Assembly (NCBI GenBank): GCA_963827475.1 | Contig: CAWHAZ010000004.1 | Coordinates: 128,001-192,000, forward strand | Source of the DNA: an uncultured Chloroflexia bacterium | GTDB taxonomy: Bacteria > Chloroflexota > Limnocylindria > QHBO01 | DNA: 64,000 nt | Direction: 5' to 3' | Part shown: positions 37,524 through 51,760 of the stretch, piece by piece | How positions within the stretch are numbered: the stretch's first letter is position 1 | Layout of the letters: the number at the start of each line of letters is the position of its first letter | Program-made: the position numbers and the translations under genes | The notes under the pieces: model-generated | What the model was told of the DNA's origin: nothing | The model's database searches: none | What the model saw: the letters and a program-made list of their open reading frames with translations, nothing else

Positions 37524-38643
37524 GCCGCCCCATTCTCGTCGGTCCCGATCTGCGAGCGCAGGTATCCCTCGATGAACGGGTCGAGCTCGCCATCGAGGAC
37601 AGCGGTCGGGTTCGAGGTCTCGACCCCGGTCCGCAGGTCCTTGACCATGGTGTACGGCTGGAGCACGTAGCTCCGGATCTGGTTCCCCCAGCCGGCCTCG
37701 ACGTGCACCCCGCGCAGTCGCGCGAGCTCGGCCTCCCGCTCCTCCTCCGCCCGCTCGACGAGCTTGGCGCGCAGGACGGCCATCGCCCGTTCCCGGTTCT
37801 GCATCTGGCTCCGCTCGTTCTGGCAGGTGACCACGATCCCGGTCGGCAGGTGGGTGATCCGCACCGCGGAATCGGTCTTGTTCACGTGCTGGCCGCCGGC
37901 GCCGCTGGACCGATAGGTGTCGATCTTCAGGTCGTCATCGCGGATCTCGATCGCGGCGTCGGCCGGGACCTCCGGCATGACCTCGACCAGGGCGAACGAG
38001 GTGTGGCGCCGCTTCTGGGAGTCGAAGGGGCTGATCCGGACCAGGCGATGCACGCCCCGCTCGCTCCGCAGCCGACCGTAGGCCCACCGGCCGTCGATGG
38101 CCGCGGTGACGCTCTTCAGCCCCGCCTCCTCCCCCTCGGACTGGTCGAGGATCTCGGTCTTGTAGCGCTGTCGCTCGGCCCAGCGCAGGTACATCCGGAG
38201 CAGCATCTCGGCCCAGTCCTGGCTCTCGGTCCCGCCGGCGCCGGCGTAGACCGAGACGATCGCCGGCCGCTCGTCGTAGGCGCCGCCGAGCAGCAGTCGT
38301 TGCTCGGCCGAGGCCCAGCTCGGCCTGGAGGGCCGCCAGCGAAGCCTCCAGGTCGCCGCGCATCGTCGCGCCGCCGTCCGGCTCGGCCGCGGCCAGTTCG
38401 GTCAGGTCGTCGAGATCGGTGGCCTGGCGTTCGAGATCGGTCCAGAAGCCGATCTCATCGCGGAGCTCGTCCGCGCGACGCAGGACCGCCTGGGCACGGC
38501 CAGGGTCGTCCCACAGGTTGGGGTCTCCCGACTGGGCGGTCAGCTCCTCGAGCTCGGCCTGCTTTGCCGGCAAGTCAAAGACGCACTGCCGTGTCGGCGA
38601 CGAGGCGCGCCAGGCGCTGGGCCTCGCTCCTAATTTCGTCCAA
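37520..38643 (-). CDS. prfB: Peptide chain release factor 2, programmed +1 frameshift at CTTTGAC (38580-38574), plus a second apparent error frameshift near 38315
   Basis: TTG start, DEIRSE...VRL then CTT TGA C; SPF and GGQ motifs; WGNQIRSYV. Confidence 0.95.
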
Positions 38644-38938
38644 GGTCGGCGACGAGGGGGAGCTCAACATCGGCCAGCCGGCTCGATCGCGAGCGGAGCT
38701 TGGCCGGGTTCACGCAGGGGCAGTAGCTCTGGCGCGGGCAGGCGCCGCAGTTGCCGTCACAGCCGAGCGTCGCGGCGTAGCTGCAGCGCATGCAGTCGCG
38801 CTCGCACTGGATGAGGTCCTCGTAGGGGACCGCGGGGTCCCGGAAGCGGGTGACGAGGGGGAGAGGGTTGGACGGATGGGGAGCCGGAGACGGGAGGTCG
38901 GAGATCTCGATGGGAGCCTCGCCCGTCAGTTGCTTCAC
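38630..38938 (-). CDS. Small Cys-rich protein (102 aa; CxxxCxxC x2 + CxC)
   Basis: GGAGGAG RBS before GTG 38938; CERDCMRC, CDGNCGAC, YCPC; TAG overlaps the prfB start. Confidence 0.7.
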   Translation of the reverse strand: MKQLTGEAPIEISDLPSPAPHPSNPLPLVTRFRDPAVPYEDLIQCERDCMRCSYAATLGCDGNCGACPRQSYCPCVNPAKLRSRSSRLADVELPLVADLGRN

Positions 38939-39052
38939 ACGCTCCTCCGCCCACGGGGGCGCGTCGCTCCGAGGACCGACGTACCGTAGAGGAGCCCATC
39001 CTACCCGGACCGGCTCGGCCTGCCAACCCCCCAATTCGGGACGGGGTCCGAT

Positions 39053-41908
39053 TCAGGCCCCGTGGCAGCGCTTGTACTTCTTTCCGGAGCCGCAGTAGCA
39101 CGGGTCGTTGCGCCCGATCTTGGTCGCCGCCCGCGCCGGTTGCCCTCCGCCGCCGGCGGCCGCCACGGCGCCGGCCGCGGCCCCGACTGCCATCGCCGAG
39201 GGGCCGCCGCCGTTGACGTCCGGTCGGCTCTCGACCATCCGCGGGGCGGCGGCCGCGGCCGGCTGGCGGACGACGGTCACCCGGAAGATGGTCCGCGCCA
39301 CGTCCCGGCGGATCATGGCCTTGAGCTCGTCGAACATGCGGAAGGCCTCGACTTTGAACTCGTTGAGCGGGTCGCGCTGGCTGTAGGCCCGCAGGCCGAT
39401 GCTCCGCCGCATGTCGTCCACGGCGGTGAGGTGCTCGACCCACAGCCCGTCGATCACGCGCAGCAGCACGACGCGGTTGAGGGCGGCCATCGCCTCTTCC
39501 CCGAGGTCGTCCCGTCGGTGCTGGTAGTGCGTCTCCGCCGCCTCCACCAGCGCGTCGGCCACCGCGTCCGCGTCGCGCTCGGCGTCCACCACCTCGAGGT
39601 CGGTGGTGGTGAACGGGACCATCGTCGTGAGCTGCGCCTTCAACCCGTCCCGGTTCCACTCGGACGGGTCGCCGGCGGTGGACTCGGCCACCAGGCTGCG
39701 GATCTCGGCCTCGACCAGGGCCAGGACGGTGCCGGACAGGTCGTCGGCGCGGAGGAGGTGGTCGCGCTCGCCGTAGATCGTCTCGCGCTGGAGGTTGATG
39801 ACGTCGTCGTACTGGACGACGTGCTTGCGCAGGTCGAAGTTGTAGCCCTCGACCCGCGTCTGGGCACCCTCGATCGTGCGGCTCACGATGCCCGACTCGA
39901 GCGCCATGTCATCGGTGAAGCCGACCTTCTGCATGAGTCCCTGGACCCGGTCGCTGGCGAACCGGCGCATGAGGTCGTCCTCGAGGGACAGGTAGAACCG
40001 GCTGCTGCCCGGGTCGCCCTGCCGGCCGGAGCGACCGCGGAGCTGGTTGTCGATGCGCCGCGCCTCGTGACGCTCGGTCCCGACGATGTGCAGCCCGCCA
40101 GCCTCCACCACCTTCACGCGATCCTCCGCGGTGGTCGCCTCAGCCTGGGCCATGGCCTCCGCCATCTGCTCCGGCGTGGCCTCCAGCACGTTCGTCCCGG
40201 CCTGGTGGAGCAGGTCGGCGGCAAGCATCTCCGGGTTGCCGCCGAGCAGGATGTCCGTCCCTCGGCCGGCCATGTTGGTCGCGATCGTCACCGCCCCGCT
40301 CCGGCCGGCCTGGGCCACGATCTCGGCTTCCCTTTCGTGGAACTTCGCGTTCAGCACGTTGTGCTTGATGCCGCGCCGCTTCAGCAGGTCGGACAGCATC
40401 TCGCTGACCTCGACGCTGATCGTGCCGACCAGCACCGGACGGCCCTTCTCGTGCTCCTCCGCGATCTCGTCCGCGACCGCTTCCCACTTCGCCTTCTGGC
40501 CGGCGTACACCAGGTCCGCGAAGTCGTCGCGGATCATCGGCACGTGGGTCGGGACGACGACCACCTCGAGGCCGTAGATCTTCGCGAACTCCTCCGCCTC
40601 GGTCTCGGCGGTACCCGTCATCCCGGCCAGCTTGCGGTACATCCGGAAGTAGTTCTGGAACGTGACGGTGGCGAGAGTCTGGGACTCGCTCTGGATGCGG
40701 GCGCCTTCCTTGGCCTCGACCGCCTGGTGGAGCCCCTCGCTCCAGCGACGCCCCGGCATGAGGCGACCGGTGAACTCGTCGACGATGACGACCTCGCCGT
40801 CCTTGACGACGTAGTCCCGGTCCCGCTTGTAGAGAGCCTCCGCCTTGAGCGCCTGCTCCAGGTGGCGGGCCATGCTGAAGTCGTCGTCGAACAGGTTCGC
40901 CACGCCGAGCATCCGCTCCATCTTGTCGGTCCCGATCTCGGTGATCGCGACCTGGCGGAACTTCTCGTCGATGATGTAGTCCTCTTCGGCCTTCAGGCGT
41001 GGGACGAGCCGCGCGAACTGGACGTATCGGTCGGTCGACTGCTCGGCCTGGCCGCTGATGATCAGCGGGGTGCGGGCCTCGTCGATGAGGATGTTGTCGA
41101 CCTCGTCGACGATGGCGAAGAAGTGGCCGCGCTGGACGCGGAGGTTCAGGTCGGCGACCAGGTTGTCGCGCAGGAAGTCGAACCCGAACTCGTTGTTCGT
41201 GCCGTAGGTCACGTCCGCGGCGTACGCCTCGCGGCGGGTGACCGGCCGGAGGTCCTGCAGCCGCTCGTCGGTGGCGACGAAGTCGGGGTCGTAGACATAG
41301 GCGGCCTCGTGCTGGATCGACCCGACCACCATTCCCAGCCGATGGAACACCGCCCCGATCCACTGCGCGTCGCGCTTGGCGAGGTAGTCGTTGACGGTCA
41401 CGACGTGCACGCCCTGGCCGGCCAGGGCGTTGAGGTAGGCGGCCAGCGGAGCGACGAACGTCTTGCCTTCGCCGGTCTTCATCTCGGCGATCTCGCCGCG
41501 GTGGAGGACCATCCCGCCGACGAGCTGGACGTCGTAGTGCCGCTTGCCGAGGGCGCGGACCATCGCCTCGCGGACGGCGGCGAACGCCTCCGGGATGAGC
41601 TTGTCCAGCGCGGCGTTGACCTGCTCCGTCTCCCGCTTGCGCTGCTCGTGCTGGCGCTCGCGGCGCCGGGCGGGGTCGCCGCCGACCAGCTCCGACTCCT
41701 CGTCCGACGCGGCGGTGGGGGCCGGGTCGAGGATGTCCCCGAGATCCTCGCGCAGTCGCTCGCGGAACAGCGCCGTGCGGCCCCGGAGATCCTCGTCACT
41801 CAGGGCGTGGTACTCGGGCTCGAGCGCATTGGCCCGCTCGACGAGCGGATCCAGGCGGCGGATCTCGCGTTCGTTGGAGTCCACCACCCGGGAGAAGAGC
41901 TTCAGCAT
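39053..41908 (-). CDS. secA: Preprotein translocase ATPase SecA
   Basis: [42 protein letters not shown]-terminal SEC-C ([18 protein letters not shown]). Confidence 0.98.
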   Translation of the reverse strand: MLKLFSRVVDSNEREIRRLDPLVERANALEPEYHALSDEDLRGRTALFRERLREDLGDILDPAPTAASDEESELVGGDPARRRERQHEQRKRETEQVNAALDKLIPEAFAAVREAMVRALGKRHYDVQLVGGMVLHRGEIAEMKTGEGKTFVAPLAAYLNALAGQGVHVVTVNDYLAKRDAQWIGAVFHRLGMVVGSIQHEAAYVYDPDFVATDERLQDLRPVTRREAYAADVTYGTNNEFGFDFLRDNLVADLNLRVQRGHFFAIVDEVDNILIDEARTPLIISGQAEQSTDRYVQFARLVPRLKAEEDYIIDEKFRQVAITEIGTDKMERMLGVANLFDDDFSMARHLEQALKAEALYKRDRDYVVKDGEVVIVDEFTGRLMPGRRWSEGLHQAVEAKEGARIQSESQTLATVTFQNYFRMYRKLAGMTGTAETEAEEFAKIYGLEVVVVPTHVPMIRDDFADLVYAGQKAKWEAVADEIAEEHEKGRPVLVGTISVEVSEMLSDLLKRRGIKHNVLNAKFHEREAEIVAQAGRSGAVTIATNMAGRGTDILLGGNPEMLAADLLHQAGTNVLEATPEQMAEAMAQAEATTAEDRVKVVEAGGLHIVGTERHEARRIDNQLRGRSGRQGDPGSSRFYLSLEDDLMRRFASDRVQGLMQKVGFTDDMALESGIVSRTIEGAQTRVEGYNFDLRKHVVQYDDVINLQRETIYGERDHLLRADDLSGTVLALVEAEIRSLVAESTAGDPSEWNRDGLKAQLTTMVPFTTTDLEVVDAERDADAVADALVEAAETHYQHRRDDLGEEAMAALNRVVLLRVIDGLWVEHLTAVDDMRRSIGLRAYSQRDPLNEFKVEAFRMFDELKAMIRRDVARTIFRVTVVRQPAAAAAPRMVESRPDVNGGGPSAMAVGAAAGAVAAAGGGGQPARAATKIGRNDPCYCGSGKKYKRCHGA

Positions 41909-41957
41909 TGGTCGGCGGCGAGTATATCCGCCTCCCCCGGGAACCCCCGATCGCGGG

Positions 41958-42623
41958 TCAGGCCGAGGCCTTCACCGGCAGCGCCTTGGGCTGCTGCTCC
42001 GCCCGCTGCTTGATGCCCTCGAGCTGCTTGCGCAGCACGAAGAACATCCCGAAGCCCATCATCGGCAGGGTGTGCCGCATCCACGGCTTGTCGGTCTCGC
42101 CGAATCGGAACCGGATTCGCTCGATGAGCCGGGTCTGGTTGCCCGGCAGCTCGTCCAGGATGAAGGCCCACGTCGCCGCGAAATCCATCGGGCTCTTCTG
42201 GCCGGATTGATCGCTGGCCATGTCGGCGTCGATGTACAGCACGAGCGCCTGCTCCGGGTCGATCCGGCGCACGACCAGTCCGCTCGTCGGATTGGCCGGC
42301 ACGGTGTCTCCCTCGGCCAGCGACTGGAACTCGGGCCGGATCTCCGTCGAGCTGGCACCGGTATCCATCGAGTCGAAGCTGTACCAGCCGCCACGGCCGT
42401 ATCCCATCTGGACCAGCCACGGCCAGACCGATGCCGGTGGCGCGTCGATGGTGATCGCCCGGGTCTCGCCGCCCGCGGCGTCGGGCAGGATCTCGTCGCC
42501 GGGAAGGGTTCGAGCCGCCTCTTCGGTGCTCGTCCCCCAGGTCCGGAACGGCTGGACGGCAAACCGATAGGTGAGGGCGGCCACGCCGGCGAGGGCGGCC
42601 AGCCCGATGATGAGCTTTCGCAT
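41958..42623 (-). CDS. Hypothetical protein, SRPBCC-like, N-terminal membrane anchor
   Basis: [37 protein letters not shown]. Confidence 0.75.
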   Translation of the reverse strand: MRKLIIGLAALAGVAALTYRFAVQPFRTWGTSTEEAARTLPGDEILPDAAGGETRAITIDAPPASVWPWLVQMGYGRGGWYSFDSMDTGASSTEIRPEFQSLAEGDTVPANPTSGLVVRRIDPEQALVLYIDADMASDQSGQKSPMDFAATWAFILDELPGNQTRLIERIRFRFGETDKPWMRHTLPMMGFGMFFVLRKQLEGIKQRAEQQPKALPVKASA

Positions 42624-42698
42624 GGGGACCTCGTGGATTGGGGAACTGTTTGCGTTCAGACTCGCCTGAATCGCGCGAGCGCGCAAGTCGCGCCCGGC

Positions 42699-43646
42699 TC
42701 AGCCCTCGACCATCGGCTTGACCTCGCCGATCCACCGCTCCAGCGTCTCGGCGTCATACGGCGCGGCGACCTCGGCGATGAACGTGTCGAACCCCAGGCC
42801 CCGCGCCTCGACCATGCGCTCCGCGATCTGGTCGGGGGTGCCGATCCAGAACGTGTCGTCGTCGGCCACCTCGCGCATCGGCGTCCGGTTGTGCGCCATC
42901 TGCGCCTCCCAGGCGCGGCGAGCGTCGGCCTCCGTGTCCCGGATGACCGGCTTGCACCCCACCGTGAGCTCGATCTCGGCGATGTCCCGCCCGACAGCGG
43001 CGCAATGCTCCTGCAGGACGGAAACCTTGTGTCGGAGGAACTCGGTGCTGCCCATCGCGTTCCACATGTCGGCGTACATCGCCACCGTCCGCAGCGTCTT
43101 CTTCTCTCCGGATCCGCCGATCATGATCGGGAGGTGAGGCTGGACGGGTCGCGGCAGCTGCTGGAGGTGGTCGAACCGATAGCGTCCGCCCGGTGGACTG
43201 GTGGCGGCCTCACCGTCGAGGACGGTGCGCATCGCCGCCACCGCCTCGTGCAGCCAGTCCAGCCGCTGCCCGTGCCCGGTGCCGAACTCGAGGCCATGGG
43301 CCCGGTGCTCGTGCCCGAACCACGCCCCGCCCAGGCCGAGGATGGCGCGACCACGGCTGATGTGATCGAGGGTGGTCGCCATCTTGGCCACCACCCCCGG
43401 GTTGCGGAAGGTGTTCGCCCCGACCAGCAGCCCGAGCCGGACCCGCTGCGTGACCTCCGCCCAGGCGGCCAGCGTCATCCAACCCTCGAAGATCGGCTGG
43501 TCCGGATCACCGAAGATGGCGTGCAGGTGGTCCCAGGCCCAGACGTGCTCGTAGCCGAGCGCCTCGACCCGGCGCGCCACGGACTCGAGGGACTCCCAGT
43601 CGGTGGCCTGGCTCCAGGGGAGGATTCCGAGCCGCACCTCAGCCAT
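42699..43646 (-). CDS. LLM-class (probably F420-dependent) oxidoreductase
   Basis: WAWDH, EGWMTLAAWA, FRNPGVVAKMATTLDHISRGR, IGGSGEKKTLR. Confidence 0.88.
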   Translation of the reverse strand: MAEVRLGILPWSQATDWESLESVARRVEALGYEHVWAWDHLHAIFGDPDQPIFEGWMTLAAWAEVTQRVRLGLLVGANTFRNPGVVAKMATTLDHISRGRAILGLGGAWFGHEHRAHGLEFGTGHGQRLDWLHEAVAAMRTVLDGEAATSPPGGRYRFDHLQQLPRPVQPHLPIMIGGSGEKKTLRTVAMYADMWNAMGSTEFLRHKVSVLQEHCAAVGRDIAEIELTVGCKPVIRDTEADARRAWEAQMAHNRTPMREVADDDTFWIGTPDQIAERMVEARGLGFDTFIAEVAAPYDAETLERWIGEVKPMVEG

Positions 43647-43651
43647 CGGGC

Positions 43652-44680
43652 TCAGCGCTCGACCGTGATGGCCTCGGCCTCTTCCTCGTCCTCGCCGTGC
43701 GCCCCCCAGAACGTCATCTCCTCCACCAGCTCGACCTCGGACGAGAAGAGCGCGCCGACGCTCTCGCCGCGATGGATGCGGCGGATCGCCTCGCCGAACA
43801 GCGGCGCGACCGACAGGACGGTGATCCGCTCCGATTCGATGTCGTCGGGAAGCGGAATGGTGTCGGTCACGATCACCTCGCGCAGGGCGGAGGCCTCGAT
43901 GCGCTCGAGGGCTGCCCCGGAGAACACGCCGTGGGTCGCGCAGGAGTACACGTCCCTGGCGCCTTCGCTGATCAGCGCGTTCACCGTTTCGATCAACGAG
44001 CCACCGGTGTTGATCTCGTCGTCGATGATGACCGCCGTCCTGCCATCGACCTCACCGATGACGTTCTTCAGCTCGGCCTGGTCGTCATTGGCCTGCCGCC
44101 GCTTCTCCACGATGGCCAGCGGCGCTCCGAGCTTTTCGGCGAAGCTCCGCGCCTTCTTCGCGAATCCGAGCTCGCTGACCACGACCAGGTCCTCGAGCCC
44201 CAGGCCGGTGACGTACTTGGCCAGCATGTCCACCGCGGTCAGCTCGTCGACCGGGATCGAGAAGAAGCCCTGGATCTGGCCCTGGTGGAGGTCCATGGTG
44301 AGGACGCGGTCCGCCCCGGCCACGGTCAGCATGTCCGCGATGAGGCGGGCGGTGATCGGGACGCGGGGCTGGTCCTTCTTGTCGGAGCGGCCGTAGGCGT
44401 AATACGGGATGACCGCGGTGATCCGCCCCGCGCTGGCCCGCTTGAAGGCGTCGATCATGATCAGCAGCTCCATGATCGAGTGGTTCACCGGGCGGCAGGT
44501 GGGCTGGACCAGGAACACGTCCTGCTCGCGGACGTTCTCGAGAATGCGGACGAAGATGTTCTCGTTCGCGAACTGGAAAACGTCGGCCTCGCCCATCCGG
44601 GTCCCGAGGTAGCGGCAGATATCCTCAGTCAGCGGCCGGTTGGCGTTGCCCGAGTAGATGCTGAACTCGTCGGCGTACAA
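43652..44680 (-). CDS. prs: Ribose-phosphate pyrophosphokinase
   Basis: FANENI, MELLIMIDA, PYYAYGRSDKK, DLHQGQIQGFF, DDEINTGGS, ATHGVFS; likely TTG start with GGAG RBS. Confidence 0.93.
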   Translation of the reverse strand: MYADEFSIYSGNANRPLTEDICRYLGTRMGEADVFQFANENIFVRILENVREQDVFLVQPTCRPVNHSIMELLIMIDAFKRASAGRITAVIPYYAYGRSDKKDQPRVPITARLIADMLTVAGADRVLTMDLHQGQIQGFFSIPVDELTAVDMLAKYVTGLGLEDLVVVSELGFAKKARSFAEKLGAPLAIVEKRRQANDDQAELKNVIGEVDGRTAVIIDDEINTGGSLIETVNALISEGARDVYSCATHGVFSGAALERIEASALREVIVTDTIPLPDDIESERITVLSVAPLFGEAIRRIHRGESVGALFSSEVELVEEMTFWGAHGEDEEEAEAITVER

Positions 44681-44735
44681 CGGCTCGCTCCGTGCTCGAT
44701 GCCGGACGGGAGCCCGGCCGGCCGATTCTAGCGCG

Positions 44736-47243
44736 TCACTCCTCGGTCTCGGATTCCTCGGGCACCCCTTCGTCCACGAAGACGGCAATCGAGATGATCC
44801 GATCCCCGTCCGCGGGACGCATGACGGTGACCCCGCGTGACGCCCGGCGGTACTGATTCACGCTCGCCACCTCGGTCCGCAGCATCGTGCCCTCCTCGGT
44901 GATGAGCATGACCTCTTCGTCCTCGCGGCCCACCAGTCTCACCGCGGCCACCTTGCCCGTGTCCTCGTTCAGCGAGTTGGCGATCACCCCGCCGGTCGCC
45001 CGGTGCTTGATCGGGAAGTCGCCGACATCGGTGCGCTTGCCGTAGCCCTGCTCGGTCACCACCAGCAGCTGCTGCGTCGGGTCCCGGATGACCTCCATCC
45101 CGATGACCTCGTCGTCACCCTTGAGCCGAATGCCGGTCACTCCCCTCGTGTCCCGGCCCATGGCCCGCACCTCCTTCTCCACGAAGCGGGCCGCCTGGCC
45201 GTTGCGGGTGGCGATCACGATGTCGTTCGAGCCGTCCGACAGATCGACCCACCGGAGCTCGTCCTTGTCGACCAGGTTGATCGCGATCAGGCCGTTGGCC
45301 TTGATCCGCGCGTAGTCGGCCAGCGACGTCTTCTTGATGTGGCCGCGCCGGGTGGCCATCACCAGGTAGTGGTCCGGCTCGAAGCGCGGCAGGGCGATGA
45401 TCGCGCTGACGTACTCCCCGCTCTCCACCTGGACGCCGGGCAGGTTGATGATCGGCAACCCCTTCGCGTTCCGGCTGGCTTCGGGCAGGGCGTGGACCTT
45501 GGTGATGAACACCCGGCCTCGGTTGGTGAAGAACAGGATGCTGTCGTGGGTGTTGGCCACCAGCAGGTAGCGGACCGCATCCTCCTCACGGGTGATCATC
45601 GCCAGCTTGCCCTTGCCGCCGCGGCGCTGGGATCGGAAGGTGCGGATCTGCTGGCGCTTGATGTAGCCGCGCTGGGACAGCGTGACCACCACGTCCTCTG
45701 CGGTGATCAGGTCCTCGGCGGAGAGCTCCCGGTTGGCGTCATCCCAGATCCGCGTGCGCCGATCCTCACCGTACTTCCTCCGGAGATCGGCGAGCTCGTC
45801 CTTGATGACCTGCAGGATCTTGCGCGGGTTGGCCAGCAGGTCCTCGAGCTGGCCGATGAGGCGGATGACCTCCTCGTACTCGTCCTCGATCTTTTTGCGC
45901 TCGAGGGCCGCCAGCCGGCGCAGCTGCATCTCCAGGATGGCGTTGGCCTGCGCCTCGCTGAGCTTGAACTGCTTGATCAGGGCCTCGCGTGCGGCATCGG
46001 CGTCGGCCGCCTTGCGGATGGTGGCGATGACCGCGTCGAGGTGGTCGAGCGCGACCTTCAGCCCCTCGAGGATGTGTGCCCGTTCCTGGGCACGGGCCAG
46101 GTCGAACTCGGTTCGGCGTCGGATGACGTCGCGCCGGTAGGTGATGTACTGCTCGAGCATGCGCTTGAGCCCAAGCGTCTGCGGCTGGCCGTCGACCAGG
46201 GCCAACATGTTGGTCGAGAAGCTCGATTCGAGCGCGGTGTGCTTGAAGAGCTGGGACATCACGGTGTGCGGCGAGCCATCGCGCTTCACTTCGACCACGA
46301 TCCGCATGCCGTCGCGGTCGGATTCGTCGCGAATGTCGCTGACATCGGTCATCTTCTTCGCGCCGACCAGGTCCGCCATCTTCTCGATCAGGGTCGTCTT
46401 GTTGACCTGGTACGGCAGCTCGGTGATGACCACAGCCATCCGGCCCGGGCGGACCTCCTCGAGCGCCACCTGCCCGCGCATGACGACCCGGCCGCGGCCG
46501 GTGGCGTACATGTGCCGGATCGCGTCGATCCGCTCCTTCTCGCCGGCGATCGAGCGCTGGTCCGCGTAGCGGAAGACGGTGCCGCCGGTCGGGAAGTCCG
46601 GCCCGGTGACGATCTCGCACAGCTCGTCGACGGTCGACTCGGGCTCGTCGATGAGCTTCTCAACGGCGTGGCAGATCTCGACCAGGTTGTGGGGCGGGAT
46701 GTTGGTCGCCATCCCGACCGCGATCCCGGTGGACCCGTTCACGAGCAGGTTCGGCAGCCTGGCCGGCAGGACGGTGGGCTCCTGCAGGCGGCCGTCGAAG
46801 TTGTCCATGAAGTCGACCGTTCCTCGGTCGAGGTCGGCCAGCATTTCGTCGCTGATCGGCGCCAGCCGGGCCTCGGTGTACCGATAGGCGGCCGCCGGGT
46901 CACCGTCGATCGAGCCGAAGTTCCCCTGGCCGTCGACGAGCGGGTAGCGCAGGCTGAAGTCCTGCGCGAGGCGGACGAGCGCGTCGTACAGGGCGACGTC
47001 GCCGTGAGGGTGGTACTTGGCGAGGGCCTCGCCCACCACGCCGGCGCACTTGCGATAGGCCGATGTCGAACGCAGGCCCATCTCCGACATCGTGTACAGG
47101 ATTCGGCGGTGAACCGGTTTCAGCCCGTCGCGGACGTCCGGCAGCGCGCGGGCGACGATGACCGACATCGCGTAGTCGATGTACGCCGAGCGCATCTCCT
47201 CCTCGATGGAGACGTTGCGCACGGTGCCCAGGTTGTCGTCCAC
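44736..47243 (-). CDS. gyrA: DNA gyrase subunit A
   Basis: [27 protein letters not shown] active-site Tyr, GyrA-box QRRGGKG. Confidence 0.98.
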   Translation of the reverse strand: MDDNLGTVRNVSIEEEMRSAYIDYAMSVIVARALPDVRDGLKPVHRRILYTMSEMGLRSTSAYRKCAGVVGEALAKYHPHGDVALYDALVRLAQDFSLRYPLVDGQGNFGSIDGDPAAAYRYTEARLAPISDEMLADLDRGTVDFMDNFDGRLQEPTVLPARLPNLLVNGSTGIAVGMATNIPPHNLVEICHAVEKLIDEPESTVDELCEIVTGPDFPTGGTVFRYADQRSIAGEKERIDAIRHMYATGRGRVVMRGQVALEEVRPGRMAVVITELPYQVNKTTLIEKMADLVGAKKMTDVSDIRDESDRDGMRIVVEVKRDGSPHTVMSQLFKHTALESSFSTNMLALVDGQPQTLGLKRMLEQYITYRRDVIRRRTEFDLARAQERAHILEGLKVALDHLDAVIATIRKAADADAAREALIKQFKLSEAQANAILEMQLRRLAALERKKIEDEYEEVIRLIGQLEDLLANPRKILQVIKDELADLRRKYGEDRRTRIWDDANRELSAEDLITAEDVVVTLSQRGYIKRQQIRTFRSQRRGGKGKLAMITREEDAVRYLLVANTHDSILFFTNRGRVFITKVHALPEASRNAKGLPIINLPGVQVESGEYVSAIIALPRFEPDHYLVMATRRGHIKKTSLADYARIKANGLIAINLVDKDELRWVDLSDGSNDIVIATRNGQAARFVEKEVRAMGRDTRGVTGIRLKGDDEVIGMEVIRDPTQQLLVVTEQGYGKRTDVGDFPIKHRATGGVIANSLNEDTGKVAAVRLVGREDEEVMLITEEGTMLRTEVASVNQYRRASRGVTVMRPADGDRIISIAVFVDEGVPEESETEE

Positions 47244-47292
47244 GGTCAGCCGGCCCTGGCTCGCGCGTGTCGCATATGTCGCGTATGTCGCA

Positions 47293-47790
47293 TCAAGGCT
47301 GGACCGGTCCGTTCGTCAGCGCGGAGCCCGGCCCTGTTGGCCGCCAGCCATACCGCTCCTTCAGTGCAGCCTTCTGGGTCGGGGAGGCGCCCAGGTAGGT
47401 CCCGGTGGCCTCCGCCACCAGGCGCTCGCCGGAGCGCACCTCGCCGCGCACCTCGTAGATCCGTCGCCGGCGGGAGTCGACCCAACCCTCGGCTCGCAGC
47501 TCCTCCCCGGGGCTCGCCGGCTGGTGAAAACGGACCGCGAACGAGGCGGTCACCGCCCACGCGTCGTCGCTGGACGGGGCCCAGGCCATGACCTCGTCGA
47601 GCACGGTGGCCAGCAGGCCCCCATGGACGCGATCGCTCCACCCGACATCATCGGGCCGCGGGATCCAGGTCGCGCTGGCGCGCCGCTCGCCGAGCTCGAT
47701 GCGGAGGCCCAACCCGATCGGGTTGGTCGTGCCGCAGGCGAAGCAGTGGTGGTCGGCAAAGCCGTATCGCAGTTCCGCTGGCTCGGTCAC
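47293..47790 (-). CDS. PaaI-family (hotdog) thioesterase
   Basis: [26 protein letters not shown]. Confidence 0.88.
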   Translation of the reverse strand: MTEPAELRYGFADHHCFACGTTNPIGLGLRIELGERRASATWIPRPDDVGWSDRVHGGLLATVLDEVMAWAPSSDDAWAVTASFAVRFHQPASPGEELRAEGWVDSRRRRIYEVRGEVRSGERLVAEATGTYLGASPTQKAALKERYGWRPTGPGSALTNGPVQP

Positions 47791-48026
47791 CACGACGCCT
47801 CGTCCTCCCAGAAGTCGTCCCCGTACGAGTCGCGACCGCCGCGCAGGCAGTGATCCGCGATGGCGAGGGCAAACGCGTGCGCGACCGCGTACCCATCCCG
47901 CAGGAAGTTCACCGCGTCGCGCCGGTCTCCGATGCCGTTGGCCTCGAGCAGCGCGCACCAGTCCTCCAGCGTGCGGCCGGTCTTGGCCTCGACCTGGCGG
48001 ATGTCGGCGGAGTGACGGGATGGCAT
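47787..48026 (-). CDS. DUF4287-like small protein
   Basis: VEAKTGRTLEDW...VNFLRDGYAVAHAFALAI pattern. Confidence 0.7.
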   Translation of the reverse strand: MPSRHSADIRQVEAKTGRTLEDWCALLEANGIGDRRDAVNFLRDGYAVAHAFALAIADHCLRGGRDSYGDDFWEDEASW

Positions 48027-48037
48027 CGGTCGTCCTC

Positions 48038-50905
<2,868 letters not shown>

Positions 50906-50913
<8 letters not shown>

Positions 50914-51661
50914 GAGCGGTTACCTCGGCGGCAAGGGCCTCGTAGGCATGGGCCCCGCGGGAGGCGGGGTCGTACAGCGCGATCGGGAGACCGTGGCTGG
51001 GGGCCTCGCTGAGGCGCACGCTGCGCGGTACGACGGTGTCGTACACGGTGCCATCCAGGTGCCGCCGCACCTCGTCCGCGACCTGGGACGACAGGCGCGT
51101 GCGCTTGTCGAACATGGTGATCACCACGCCCTCGATCTCGAGTCGAGGGTTGAGTGAGCTTCGGATGAGGCGGATGGTGTTCACCAGGTTTCCCAATCCC
51201 TCCATGGCGTAGAACTCGGCCTGGATGGGGATCAGCACCCCATCGGCAGCCGTCAGTGCGTTCACCGTGAGCAGCCCGAGTGACGGCGGGCAGTCCACCA
51301 GCACACGGTCGTATCGTCCGTCGACGCCGGCCAGGCTGGCCGCCAGCCGATGCTCTCGGGCGGTCAAGCCCACCAGCTCGATCTCAGCGCCCGCCAGCGT
51401 CGGCGATGCTGGAACCAGGTCCAGCCCTCGAATGGCGGTCGGTTGTGCGATGTCCGATATGGCGACTCGATCGATGAGCGCGTCGTAGATCGTGCCCGTG
51501 GTGCGGTCGGCGCCCAGCCCGGTCGACGCATTGCCCTGCGGATCCAGGTCGATGACGAGGGTGCGGGTGCCTCCAAGGGCCAGATACGCCGCCAGATTGA
51601 TGACGGTGGTCGTCTTTCCGACGCCGCCCTTTTGATTGGTACAGGCTGTAACCCTAGCCAC
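50906..51661 (-). CDS. parA: Chromosome partitioning ATPase ParA/Soj
   Basis: NQKGGVGKTTT, DLDPQGNA, DCPPSLG, LSEAPSHG. Confidence 0.96.
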
Positions 51662-51740
51662 GAACGCTCCGTTGCGAGTTCCCGCGGGGCACGGTCAATT
51701 GTAGCAGTTTGGGGCCTTTTCGGCCGATTACCACGCGATC

Positions 51741-51760
51741 AATGTTTCACGTGAAACATT
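51741..51760. other. parS centromere-like site
   Basis: Perfect consensus TGTTTCACGTGAAACA (51743-51758), extended to a 20-bp palindrome, upstream of parA. Confidence 0.93.

Noticed and set aside
38300-38330. Second programmed frameshift in prfB
   Set aside because: Extra base in a short G run with no shifty stop or stimulatory element; fits the general insertion-error pattern
39062-42013. Very long antisense or alternate-frame ORFs (also 45003-47591, 47588-50365, 52731-55391, 23482-25821)
   Set aside because: Shadow ORFs expected in high-GC DNA opposite well-conserved genes; no recognisable motifs
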